From Macrostomum lignano (lineage: Eukaryota): 64,000 nucleotides of DNA. A program made the translations under genes and the position numbers. The notes beneath the pieces were generated by a model that was given only the letters and a program-made list of their open reading frames with translations, was not told the DNA's origin and made no database searches. Location of the stretch: assembly GCA_002269645.1 (NCBI GenBank), contig NIVC01000980.1:408412-472411 (forward strand), given 5' to 3'. The first letter of the stretch is position 1; the number at the start of each line of letters is the position of its first letter. This document shows positions 39,442 through 52,109 of the stretch, in pieces.

Positions 39442-42204
39442 ATTCATTTCTGAATATTATCTGGAATGAAAATATGAAAAAGCTATATACGCTCGTACAT
39501 GCAGCCTCTGATATTGAAGAGGTAATAGTAATAGCGTCAGGTAGTCTACGCCTGAGTCTAAAATACTCAATTTTAGAAGAGGCTTTGTTTCGGACAGCAT
39601 TTTTGCATGGTTTGCTACAAAATTAATAAAAAGCTTTGCGAGTTCGCTCAAGTTTCCTTTGAAATTCGAGTAAACGTACTTTTAATTTTTAAGTTAGATA
39701 TTGAAAAATCATCACTGGACTCTGCATTGCGCAATTTCAAGGCAATGACAAAGAATAGTTCGAGACTCGAGTCAATTCCAAGAATTCACGCGAGTCCTCA
39801 GACATTTAGAGCTCGTCAAGTCTCACTTTTAGCTTTCGTCATCAACGAAATTCAACGGAAAGCAATTGTCCGCAATGACCTCTTCCTCGTGAATAGATTA
39901 GTTGGTATGACGGAAATTCGATCTATATCATTATTCCCCTCAAGTGAATGCTCAAATCATTCATCGATTGAGCTAGCGTGAGCAACTGCGGCCATAGGCT
40001 GGGCAAACTCCGCATTGAGCTGGGCTCTAGCAGGGCCCGCCCTTGGGCCTACAGTGCGGTTAAAGGCGCTGCGATCCCTTACTGCGGGAGAAAGTGGACT
40101 GACTGAGTACGAGTACTTAATAAATTGGATTTCTCATGCAGAAATTTGGTAACTGTCAGAATTTTCAATATTTTTCTTTAAAACTATCTAGAGAATAGAT
40201 TATGGGTCCACTTGTCAAACCAACAGCAAGTTCACCGCATATTTGCCGTCTGTACAACCCTGGTCAGCCTCTTGTACGAGCCAAGGAAGGCCTCATCCCC
40301 AAGGGTATGCGATTTTCAGTGAGCACTGCAGACTTTAGGCCAATCGCCAGATTTGCTGGCGGGCCACCAGTCCTGGAGATGGCTCACTTAGAATCAGAAA
40401 AAAGTACGGCCGAATCCAGAATAGGTCGATGCGATCAAACCGCTGGTTCTACAGCCCCAGTCCAAACGCAAAGCACCGGCCCGCCGCGCGTTTCGAGTCC
40501 AAATATATGGACTGGGCAATGCAAGAATGCGGACCCACAATCCAATTAGGATATATGGGTCATCCGCAAACGTGTAACCGAAACCCATCGCGTTCAACCA
40601 TCCGCGTGCAGTGCGAACGTTTTAGCTCAAGGTTGCGTGGTTTAGAATGCATAGCTAGAACAACTGCAGCCGAACAAAGTCCGATATGCTTATTCAGCGC
40701 CTGTTCTATACAAGATTCTTCTCAAAAATTATTTTTATTCAAATCTTGTAGATAAAAATGAGTAAGAAATTAAAAATAAAATTCAAAAAACGTTTTGAAG
40801 GCATCAGAAAAAGCGAACAGACGGCGAGTTTTAGCATAGCATCGCGAGTTTCTGCAGTTTCTGTTATAATGCTCCAGTCCAGCTCACCTGCGACTCTGCT
40901 GGGATCAATCGATTCACTCGCTCATGCAGTCGAGCTGACTCGAGCAAGCAGTGAGCACAGGCGGGCTTTTTGGCAAAACTTAAAGCAGCATCTGAATACC
41001 AAATGAGCTACTGTCCAGCCCAGCTCACCTGTGAGATCGGTTTGCTCCCTCTTGAAAAACTGAGAAGCAGGCGGCGATTTGGCAAAACTAGAAGCACCAT
41101 GTCAGTCAGCGCAAGCTGATCAACACTTTGATCTCTCAACCCGCTAGAAGCGGTTGCGGTGATTTTAAGTCTCGCCTGCCGCTCAAGATTTGAGCAACAT
41201 GGGTGGCATGTTTCGTGCATCGCATGCGCATCCCAGACAAAGCTGCCAATAGACCGCGCGGCATAGCCTGCGAACCCGCGGCCAACCAGGCTATAAGCTC
41301 TCTGGGAAATAGTAACGGGTCCCACGACTCTGTCATTAGCAACGGGGGCGGGGTCCGGTAGAGTGCAGCAAAGTTGCCTTAACTCTTACCGGCGCTCGAG
41401 AACCCGCGTGGAAACCCAGTTGCAATGAGCGGTGAAACTGTGATCGACACTGTTTTCAGACCAAAAGCTACTCATCAATATAAAGTTTGAGTAAGCAATA
41501 GCCAAAATAAATACAGTGCGATCCAGCTGACCGAACCTCCGACAATGGCAACCCAACTCTGTCTATCGTCATTGGCATCTAATAAAATGCCTTGATGAGA
41601 TCAGACCAAGAAATTCGCCAGAGCTTCCATAGCCTTCGAGACGGCTGGCCCTCCTCTTCCCAAAGTCCTGCAGCAGACCAGTTGCGAATGCAAAATGTTC
41701 GAACACCGCGAACTTGCAAAAATAGTAGATGAGCAAGCAGCTATAGGCATTCTCTATCACAAACTGTCCAGGCAATAGGTGTGGAATTGGGAAGATGTCA
41801 CAGCCAGCCGTAGGCCCCGCTCATGCCAACTGCCCCCATTGTCAAGCTTGCAATTTGTTTCAAAGCAGAAATCGTTTTTTAAACTCAACTCACCTCATGT
41901 CTAAAGTCCAAACTTCCGAGAGTAACTTGTTTAATCGAAAGCAAAGCTGTCTTCATTGCCAATCATTGGCAAACTTCATACTGTGGCGTGGCGACCCGAA
42001 GAGGAGGCAAATTGAAGAAGTTGAAGTTAAAGCCTCTGCCCTCCAGCCAGTGTGATAGAACTAATTACAGACAACAGACAGACTTATTTAATTGAGGCGC
42101 TTGCTAGGGTTTTGCAATTCAAGGAGTGTACATGACTGGGACTGAACTGGCGGAGATAGGGGGGGGGGGGGAGGGCACTCATCGGGTGGCAGGGTTTTTA
42201 GTCA

Positions 42205-42658
42205 CCCCCTCTGTAATTGGTGGGGTGGTTTTGGGTTCTGCGTGACCTGAGGGAGATGTGCATGGTCATTACTGGCCATGGCTTCTTCCAGAGACATTTC
42301 ACTGCAAAGTGGCTGCTCCCCTATCTGCCCATTCTGTGATTTAGAGGAGGAAACCTCGACGCACCACGTCATTTTCTGCCCGCACTTCAACGAGGCGCGG
42401 AGGCGTCACCTCGGTCACCCGCTAAGGCTTGACGAGCTCACCACTCCGGACCGTATCCGTGATCTACGTGCATTCGTTCGGGATTCTGGGCGGATGAAAA
42501 TCGCAGACGCCACTCTCGCGAGCTCTTCTGCCGGCGAGGGGTGGGCGCAGCCCCAAGGCTAACGCCTTTCTGTTTCTGTTTAGCTTGGGGTTGCGATAGG
42601 GGCCTCGCGGCCTGTTCGCGGCGCTCTGCCCCCCGTCGGTAGTAAGTAAGTAGTAAGT
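42205..42658 (+). mobile_element. 5'-truncated non-LTR retrotransposon 3' end (ORF2 C-terminal zinc finger plus (agta)n tail)
   Basis: [56 protein letters not shown], the CxxC..H..C motif of I/Nimb/R1-type LINEs; ends in gtagtaagtaagtagtaagt. Confidence 0.7.
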
Positions 42659-44642
42659 CTGCGTTTCTTCCTCGGGCACAAGCTCTGTTCCGACCTGGAT
42701 GCGATTGTAGAGTTAGGGGAGAGGGTGAAGAAGTGAATTATTTTCAGTGTACTGTACACACCCGCCGCAGCCCTTTATCGATTATTTAAAAACATGTACA
42801 CCAATCTAACCAGCCCCCCAAAATCGATTAACTTTTCAAGCCGATGGCCCAGAGTCCATCCAGACCTTTGACTTAATCGGTAATTTTACTAATTTCACAG
42901 TGGAAAAATACTAATTTCTAATTACTAATTTCACGCGAACAAAGATGATAAACATAATATGATGTGATGAGTCCAAAATCCAGATGGACAACTTCAATCC
43001 AAAGGAGTGAGGTTCATCATAGTCTACTTACTCAGCAATATGTTAAAGTTTTCATCCCGAAACCAGCGGTCAACTTTTCAGATTTCAGCCCTCGCACGCA
43101 ATTTACACCAAGTTCGCGGTTCGCGTTGCTTCTCAACTATGGGCGTCCCGTCACAAGCCAAAACCTAGTTTAGGCCGGTGAAGAGAGAGGAGTTATACTA
43201 GAGTTGGATCAAAGCTGCCAATTGCCACTGCTCTCGGGGTGGAAACTTATCGGTTTTTTTACCATCATTAACATTTTTACTAAGTCTTAAACCAGAAAGC
43301 ACTATAAAATCCAAGTGTCAAGTGTCAACCAATAAAAAACAAAAACTTGGGAAGTCCGTATACTGTTAGCAGTAGCGGGTACAGACGATATATGCTACTG
43401 AAAATAAAGATAGCAAGTAGTATAGATTTATTTATTGATTTTCCAAGTTGCAAAAAAGCAATAAATTGAAAGAAAAAATATGCAGTTGAATATTCTCCAG
43501 ATAAAAAATAGCACATCAATAATGTGCAATATATGTAACGCAGTTCTGAAAATACAATAAAGAAGAAGCAAGTCCAATATAAACTATAAAGTCGGTGTAC
43601 TTTGTACTATAACAATAATACGCTCGTACATAAGCTATAAAGTACATCGTACAGAGAGTTAAATATGTCAAAGCAGCAGGAAATGGCAAGGACCACTGTA
43701 GCATAACAGGACGTAAAGCACTGATCGTGCAATTTTTGGAGGCCAATTTCCTGGAAAAAACCATTTAACGTCACAAAATCAATAATTGCCTTTGATCTGG
43801 AGAAGTGAAGATTACCATTCTTCTAATTTAGCATCCACAACATGTTACTCTTGCGTTTTATATAGTGAAAGTTTCATTTTTATATCGTTATCGTTTAATT
43901 TCATAATTTTTGTGCATCTCCGCATCCAGGAAATTGGTCTCCGAAAGAGTCCTTGAGTTTCACTTCCCTGTTATGCTACAAGCTCCTCGGGCAAAGGTAG
44001 GCATTGAATTTATAATGAGAAACTGGGGTTGATTAAAATTTATATAAGTCCCACAAATTAGGGCTATATAAAACAAGAGTTTTGAATTTTCTAAATCATC
44101 AAACCAGAAACAGCCGCCAACCAATGTAATAATTAATAAATAAGTGTAATCAGTTAGGCAAATAATTGGTAAAAAAGCACTCCATATAAAAATACTATTT
44201 TTTCTCAGATTATCATAAAGCAGAGCAAATTAAAAAATTAGTAGATAACTACAAACAGTAAAAACTCTGCGATACACAATAACGGAAATGTCAAACAAGA
44301 GCTGAGGAAAAAAAACAGCAAAATTTCCAAGAGCGACACGCGTTGATAAAAATGTATAAAACAAAACCGATGGAAACTCATTATAAACAATCTTAATCAA
44401 TTGAAGCAATTAATTTTAATTCCGGCTTATTGAAAAAAGCACAAACAATTAGCAAAGACTTTTGCATTCCAAAATATTAAAGCCGTACGGTCGAGTTTTG
44501 TAGGAAAAGTTAAAAAAGCCCGTCAGCAAAAGAAAACAAGGCAAAACGAAGTTATCGTAAAATGTTTTTTTTGGTGTACTTGCTGTTAAGTAGTTCTCGC
44601 AGATCCAGTCGCAGCTGTAGCCGTTTTGTTTAAGTTTTCTTA

Positions 44643-47600
44643 TTAAACTTCGCTGCCAACGGACCAAGTGATCTGTAGCGCGGCAAGACAGAATTGCAAG
44701 AATTTTTTGCATTACTTGGCAAATTCTGATTTACAGAACACAAAGCAGCACACTGCCTGGGAAAGCAACAGAAAAAGACAACCAATTTCTAAGCGCAGAA
44801 AAATCTTATTATATTTTGCTAAGTGTGGTAAACTGAGGAGGCTGGCGATGGGCCCAGCAACTGAGGATCTGGGAGGGTGGCTCATTAACTGAGGATCTGG
44901 GAGGCTGGCCCAGCAACTGAGGATCTGGGAGGCTGGCTCAGCAACTGAGGATCTGGGAAGCTGGCCCAGCAACTGAGGATCTGGGAGGCTGGCTCAGCAA
45001 CTGGGCCTCAGGAGGGCAGCCGTCTACACTGAAATATCTAGGCTCTGAGCCAGAATTCAGTACAAATAATTCCGCCGATAGCAGTGAATAATTCAAGCCA
45101 GAACCAGGCCCTATAAACCAGATGCGGCACAGCAGACAGACTGGCGACCCAGTTCGAGGATGACTAAGAAATTTATAATTTACCTTGAACGTCGCGCTCT
45201 GCCCCATCACAGCCATGCGATCGCTGCTAAAGTACAGCACCCTGTAGGAGCCGGTTCGACGACTGCCTGGCGCCACCTTTGTCAAGTCGAAGACGGCATC
45301 AACGCCGAACCCAGTCGACTCCGTGTCGGCCGTTGGCACCCGCATCTCCTGGACGCTGGCGGCTGTGGAATCGTCAGCAACTAGGCGCAAAGAGTCGGCC
45401 GCACTGGGCGAGAAGGCCTGCTTGCAGCTGTGGTGCACAGTATAGGTCACCCGCAGGCGGCCGGGCCCGCGGTACTCGAAATCGGCCGCGATGGTCACCG
45501 GCGATCGCTGCCTCTCGGCAAAGATTTTCACCGGGTCGCTGTAGCCCACTGGGCAGTTCTTCTTGACACTGAAGTACACCAGCCGGTACAGCCCAGTCTG
45601 CAGGCTTGACGGCAAGTCCAACGTGGCGTCGACGCCGAAGTCCGTGTCCTCCGTATCCGTAGACGGCGCGTACACCCTGGACAACGCTGAGGCGAAGTCC
45701 GGCAGCGAGTCCTCGAACAGGCCCAGCCAGTCCCAGCTGTCCGGCTGGAACCGCTGCTTGCACTTGTGGTTGATCCGGTAGCGCATCTGCAGCTTACAGT
45801 TCTCCTTATGGTGCACGCGATACACCGGATCCGTCTCCATGACAACCGGCATACGCGGCGCCTTGTCGAATACTTTCAGCTGGTACAGCGAACACACTGG
45901 CCGATGGTCGGAGGTTTTGTACTGCGGCAGATGGCGATACCACTGCTGATCGATGCTGAGCACCAGGTTCTCAAAGTTGTCCTCGTTTATTAGGTGCAGA
46001 ATCCGGTCTGTCCAGGCTGGCTTGCGCTGCTTGGACGAGGTGTCGTACCTGAAATCGTGTGGAGCCTTTGGTTAGAATTTGAAGCCTGTGCCTAGAATAG
46101 GAAATAAACCCAATTCTGTCAGGTGGGATAGGAAATCAACAACCAAATTCTGTCAGGTGGGATAGAAAATCAACAACCCTATTCTGTCAGGTGGGATAGG
46201 AAATCAACAACCAAATTCTGTCAGGTGGCATAGGAAATCAAAAACCCACTTGGGATGCAGCAAACGTAAATGGAACCCTTACCTGTCCGTATTCTTATCG
46301 AATTTGTATGTTGGCGGAAAGTTTATCTGTCCCTCGTGGAAGCGAGCAAATATCAGGCCAGCATCCTTGCTAACCATAAGCTGGTCGTGCTTCATCAATT
46401 CTGCGTAGCTCTTCTGCTCAACCTTTCTCAATACGAGGTCATGGTCCAAGTCGTTGATGCGAAAGTTCAGATCGCCAATCCAGAACACAAAGTCGTGATC
46501 AAGCAGCTTCTCAACGTCGGTATCCTTGAATTTCTGATTGTCAATGATGTCCATGAAGTCTTCAATTCGTTCGTGATTCTCCGTGATGTGTGCGGTGAAA
46601 TGCGCGTTCACAATGATGAAGTTGACACCATACAGATCCATGCGGATGCTGACGCCGCCTTTGTTGCCCTGGAATGGCGGTGCGTTTTAGAGTCCGGGGG
46701 AGGCAAGAGTCCGGGGGAGAGGCAAGATTCCGGGGAGAGGCAAGAGTCAGGGGGAGGCAAGAGTCAGGGGAGGGGCAAGAGTCCGGGGGAGGCAAGAGTC
46801 CGGGGGAGAGGCAAGAGTCCGGGGGAGAGGCAAGAGTCCGGGGGAGGGGCAAGAGTCCGAAAGAGGGGCAAGAGTCCGGGAGAGGGGCAAGAGTCCGGGA
46901 GAGGGGCAAGAGTCCGGGGGAGAGGCAAGAGTCCGGGGGAGAGGCAAGAGTCCGGGGGAGGGGCAAGAGTCCGAAAGAGGGGCAAGAGTCCGGGAGAGGG
47001 GCAAGAGTCCGGGAGAGGGGCAAGAGTCCGGGGGAGGCAGGAGTCCGAAGGGGGCAGCTGACCGCAATATTTTAGAGATAAATCAGCAGTGCATGGAATT
47101 TTTCAGACACCTTGACCACCATTTTCACTGGGGGGGGGGGCAGCTCCTTTCCTACATGAGACCTTCAGCATGCGCCACCAAGCTAGCTCACCAGGACTCC
47201 GCCGTAACCAGACCTAGTGACCTCGGACTCGATGTTCTGCACAGCGACCAGGTGTTTACGCATCACAAACACGAACAGGTGAATGGCCCACAAGGAGCGC
47301 TGTTTCACCAGAACGTAGCCGCGTGGCAACAGAACCCGGCGAAATGAGTCCAGCCAATCGGTCTCTTTCTTGGCTTCTTGCAGTCTGCAGATCAAGGGAA
47401 ATGAAAGAAAACAAGTATAAATTATTTGGGCGTGGCTGATAATCTAGTTAGACCAGGGGTTAGTAAACTTTTTTACCATAAAAGGCCAGATAAAGAGATG
47501 AGAGGAGAAATGGGATGAAATATGGATTGAAAAATGAGAGAGATGAGAGAAGAGAGAAGTGAGGATAGATGAAATAAGAGCCGAGAAGAGACACAAGCCT

Positions 47601-49013
47601 TGAGCAGGCCGGATGGGGAGGCTTTGCAGGCCGGAGTTTTTCGACCTGAGTTAGACTAATAGGGGATTTTTATAAATTGGAAAAGTGGTAAATTTAAAGA
47701 ACCACATAAACTTTTTCTTGTAGACCAAATATAAAAGTACACATTTCTAAGAAAACTCACCCAATGGCCACCACATCTGGTTGGGCATCTGTGTGCTGAT
47801 TCAGCAGCTCTTGGAGATTGTCATTAGGTGGACCTTTGTCACCAACATTCCACGTGACCAGGTACAAGCTAAGGATAGAGAAAAGGGCATGGAATAAGTG
47901 GTGGAATTTCAATTTTAGATAAATTAGACAGAAACATTGTTTATATTACAACAATGAAAATGATAGACTAAAAATTATTCAATATCTACTAATACCTTGG
48001 GTACTAAACTAATAGATTGAAAGTCTCATTCTTAAAATATTTCAAGCTAGTGTTCTGCTATAATTATAGCTATAGCTACAGAATTCTAAGGCAATAATGG
48101 TCAAGTCAAGACTCATAGGAGGAATCACTAAAATGTTATAACTTGACAATGAAATGCTTTGGCTTATTATGGGGGTTGCCTAGATGCTTTGAACCAAATC
48201 TCATAGGGTAGCTGATATCTTAGGTTAGACTTTAAACTACTTATTTTTTATAAGCTTTGACAAATTTTCATGACTAGGCTAAATTAAATAGAACTAGAAG
48301 CATATCATTATGCTTGGTCAAAGTGAAATTATATTATTTTGTATCATTATTGAAATAATTAAGAAAAATGGTCAATTGTAACAAAAATAAATTGACATTT
48401 TAGTTTTTAAAAATAAGCATTATAGTTTTTTAAATTGGAAAAATAATTAATGTATTAATATTTAGCCAATATAGCATATAGCTAGTCTTGAAGGATAAAG
48501 GCAAATCTTTAATTATTTTGATATCTTAATTTATAAGTAAAAATATATTAGTGTATGTATAAATTAAGACTAATTTTAAGCATATATATATAGCTATAAC
48601 AATTGATGGCTATCCTGTAGTTTCGCACGTTAAATTATTTTACAGAATTATTTCGCCCTCTATTCAAGGGTGGTGGGGGGTGGGGGTAATAATTTAACGT
48701 GCGAAACTACAGGATAGCCCAATTGATATATATATATATAGATAGATATATTATTCTCTATATTTGACTTAGACTAAAGACTTCATTTTAGTAAGACTAA
48801 GAATGTACAACTTTAAAAAAATGCATTCTAATGAATAGAAACAATTATTAAAGCGACAAAAATCGAGGCACAAACTACCACAGCATAAAAACATCAACCT
48901 AGTGCTGCTAGTGCACCATGCCATAGTGGTGGTCAAGTCACTAGTCAGTAGACAATTTTATCATTACAATATAGAAAAAAATTTACTACTCACCTTACAC
49001 GTCTATTTGCCAT
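44643..49013 (-). CDS. INPP5K: Inositol polyphosphate 5-phosphatase K/SKIP-like (533 aa) with two SKICH-like domains; exons 48994-49013, 47761-47868, 47192-47384, 46283-46668, 45184-46048, 44643-44672
   Basis: MANRRVSLYLVTWNVG..DVVAIGLQE..GNKGGVSIR..VNAHFTAH..FWIGDLNFRI..DQL..FHEGQINFPPTYKFD..YDTSSKQRKPAWTDRIL..SDHRPV; all junctions GT-AG and in frame (1602 nt). Confidence 0.92.
44840..45005. repeat. ~28-bp repeat (gcaactgaggatctgggaggctggccca) in last INPP5K intron
   Basis: About 5 copies. Confidence 0.85.
46095..46245. repeat. 34-bp repeat x4 in INPP5K intron
   Basis: aattctgtcaggtgggataggaaatcaacaacca. Confidence 0.85.
46690..47050. repeat. 19-20-bp G-rich repeat (ggcaagagtccgggggaga) in INPP5K intron
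   Basis: Direct inspection; source of the RGKSPG ORFs. Confidence 0.92.
48608..48719. mobile_element. 112-bp MITE, GG-starting ~32-bp TIRs, 8-bp TSD CAATTGAT, in INPP5K intron 1
   Basis: caattgat|ggctatcctgtagtttcgcacgttaaattatt..aataatttaacgtgcgaaactacaggatagcc|caattgat. Confidence 0.88.
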
Positions 49014-49312
49014 GCTTATTTTTTTATAAACTAACTTAGCCTCAAAGCAATTTTTATCACACCCTGGACCTAATCCACGGTTCTCTATCACCAAGAGCGA
49101 CGATGGCAGCCAGCAGGCCTAGAAGTTTTCAGCTTTATTTCCTGGGTTATTTTCTGTTTAAAATTAGCATAGCTTGATAATCGTGAAAGAAAACTGGAGG
49201 AGTTAAATAATTAATTGGTAATATAAGGTTACACTTTTATAGATTATGGCTAAATAATTACTTTTAAACTAGATATCAGTTTGTTTTAACGAAGAAAAAC
49301 ATTCATATCGCG

Positions 49313-49729
49313 TTTAAATGACGTATGAAACATTCGCCGACACCCATTCAGACACTTCTACAGACACTTTAGTTTCTGTCCTTCGAATCGTAGGAACAAG
49401 CATTAAATTTGTTTATTCCTAACAAACTATCAGTAAAATGCTTTATTTTAAGCTTTTTTTGCTTTATTTTATTAAATATGAATCATCATGAAATTTGTTA
49501 TTCTGCATAGATTCTCTTCACTTGAAGAAGATTGTTAAATTTGTCCAGGACACTTCCTAATTCATATTTAATAAAATAAAGCAAAAAAAGCTTAAAATAA
49601 AGCATTTTACTGATAGTTTGTTAGGAATAAACAAATTTAATGCTTGTTCCTACGATTCGTAGGACAGAAACTAAAGTGTCTGTAGAAGTGTCTGAACAAG
49701 TGTCGGCGAATGTTTAATACGTGTTTAAA
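49313..49729. mobile_element. Foldback MITE with ~170-bp TIRs upstream of INPP5K
   Basis: 49330-49490 is the reverse complement of 49562-49720; tttaaa at both outer ends. Confidence 0.75.
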
Positions 49730-50632
49730 TGCTGTTTTAATTTTAATACGAAGTACAAGTAGATGCTGAAAAGCAGTTTGCGCATCGCAGATTTGCGAGA
49801 CTGTTTTTGGCTTTGGCTTTGAAGTTTTTATAAGACTCATTACAAAAAGGCGCGGCCAGACTGTGCATTGCTTGTAGATGCAATGTGTCACATGTAAATT
49901 ACTGGTAAACTGGTCAACGAACTAAAAATGGCGAGATTTATAATATATATATACATGGTGCACTATTAAAACTTTCGTTTTTCTTATTTTGAATGCTTAC
50001 ACGAGCGCGCACTTAGTACATCGAGGAAGAAGCCCGACGGTAATAAAACATTGATAGCTTTGCACTGGTTAATCGGGTATTGTTCTTTCGTTTTAAGAGC
50101 TGATATGACTCCATTTATCCCAAAGTAGCCATCTTGGTATAAACGACGTTGAAATAAAAATTAATCGACAAGTAGAAGGCATGAGGGGGCTTTTGGGACA
50201 AAATTTTTCACATCCTCCATAATCCCATTAAATCCATCTATATTATCCCTGACAGAATCAGAAAAAAAGGGGGGTCGCACTCGCTCACAAAACGTCCTCC
50301 ATAATCCCATTAAATCCATCCATATTATCCCCGACAGAATCATGAAAAAGGGGAGGGGCCGCACTTGCTCCGAAAACTTCGAACATAATCCCATTAAATC
50401 CATCCATATTATCCCTGACAGAATCAGAGCAGGGGTCCACTGACACCTGTTATGCTCACTGACACTGACATAATCCACTGACATCCACCCATAGCATCTT
50501 CGAAACAATCAGAAAACAATCTGCATTCTTCTCCCCACATTCAATCCGAAGCGGTGAAACCAGATCCCAAAGACTTTAAATCATCAGCGCAGGGTCCTTA
50601 CCCATTGAAAAAAATCTAATTTTTCTCTAAAA

Positions 50633-50875
50633 ATGTTTCCAGTTGTCTCTCCAGGTTCTTATTATACTCAGCCTCATCCATTGTACAAATCCAAGTACCA
50701 ATGCAAACTAGAATGCAGCGAATACATGAGAAAATATTGGCCCGACGTTGATATCAATGTCCCTAATATTAACCTAGCTCTCCAAAGACACTGGTTTCAT
50801 AAGTATGGAGTAACCTACGTAAAAGATTACGACAGCTACTGTAACTTTGCAGAAATCATTAGGCAGTTGCGTTAA
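50633..50875 (+). CDS. Orphan 80-aa protein of the Polinton
   Basis: Clean ORF with the same A-tract-ATG context (ctaaaaATG) as the other element genes; rich in Y/W/C/H. Confidence 0.5.
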   Translation: MFPVVSPGSYYTQPHPLYKSKYQCKLECSEYMRKYWPDVDINVPNINLALQRHWFHKYGVTYVKDYDSYCNFAEIIRQLR

Positions 50876-51225
50876 AAAACCGAAAAACCAAAAGGCCAAA
50901 AGGCCAAAAGGCCAAAAAGGCCAAAAGGCCAAAAAGGCCAAAAGGCCGAAATCGTTTTCATTTTGGCCTCGCGCGAGGCCGAAATCGTTTGCATTTTGGC
51001 CTTCCCTCGAGACGGAATTCTTCCTCGGCTGGGCTCAGTTAAAGTGAAAATCTCTCTCCCCCACGCGCGCTGCGCCCACACACATACACTCCCCTCTCTC
51101 CCACGCACGCGAGGCCCACGCCCTCATACTACCAGAATGGGGTAAGAGATTTTGAGTACACATGCGCGCATTTTTTCATACCACTCTATTCTCGGCAAGC
51201 ATACTTTAAAGGGGAACGAATTTTC

Positions 51226-52089
51226 TCACATTCTCTCAATGATCAACGTCAGTACAAACTCTTCACCGTTGAAATCAACGCCCATCCCATCTTCAGTCTC
51301 AAACTGTAGCACAATCTCGTGAATCTCCTTATTGCTCAATACAACTCTTTTCACTGGATTTGGTTTCTCTACCACCATCTGTCCTCCAGCAACAGAGTTG
51401 GAGATGTTGTACAAAATATTCGTTCGCTTTCCCTTAAATACCCAATCAAGACTGAGATTGCTTCTGATTAGAATATTCAAACCCTTTACAATGTCTGCTA
51501 TATTGGGTGCTAAGAACAAACCACTTACATTTTCCCGGGCCATTTTAACGGTCCCCGATGCTTGAGTGGCGGTCCGCGCCGCGGATTCTGCCTTATAAAC
51601 TTTCTTCTCGAATCCCAGTTCCCTATACCAAGTGTCATCTTTAAACTCAACCTCCGCATCTTTGTGAACTTGCATGACCACTCTCATTACAGTGAGATCA
51701 TAGGTTAGTTTGACAGGGAACAGTTTCTTCTCTGGCTTACTCGCATCAGGTGTCTCAAAATGGCCTCTCTTAGTAAAGACATTTTCTAGAAAGTTATTGT
51801 AGGTATCCACACTCTGCGTGCTCACATGGAATACCACAGGGTCTGCTGCTGCACCTTTCCATTTGTAATAAAACTTATTATTTGCTGCCGACACATTGGG
51901 AACGTTTGACCAACCAGTGAAGTCGTTAAGATAGACATGGTAATTAGCGCCTGGATCCAGGCGAATCGCCTGCTCTAATTTTTCAACAAACATCCCGTTT
52001 GAGTCATTAATTCGCCCAGTTATTGTAATAGGAATGCTCTCCTTGGAGTGTGAAACAATGTTGTTTAGTCTTTCGGCTATAGCTTCCAT
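51226..52089 (-). CDS. Minor capsid protein (penton-like, single jelly roll)
   Basis: Polinton mCP pattern: AIRL..YHVYL..F..SNVPNV...NNKFYY..ELGF..ILY..G..VVEKP..I..IVLQFETEDG..VDFNGEEFVLTLII; lies directly downstream of the MCP. Confidence 0.8.
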   Translation of the reverse strand: MEAIAERLNNIVSHSKESIPITITGRINDSNGMFVEKLEQAIRLDPGANYHVYLNDFTGWSNVPNVSAANNKFYYKWKGAAADPVVFHVSTQSVDTYNNFLENVFTKRGHFETPDASKPEKKLFPVKLTYDLTVMRVVMQVHKDAEVEFKDDTWYRELGFEKKVYKAESAARTATQASGTVKMARENVSGLFLAPNIADIVKGLNILIRSNLSLDWVFKGKRTNILYNISNSVAGGQMVVEKPNPVKRVVLSNKEIHEIVLQFETEDGMGVDFNGEEFVLTLIIERM

Positions 52090-52109
52090 TTTTTGTCCTA
52101 AAAAAATAT

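Noticed and set aside
40040-42060. Short ORFs and a possible LINE tail or hidden exons
   Set aside because: No coherent splice-linked reading frame or known motif found.
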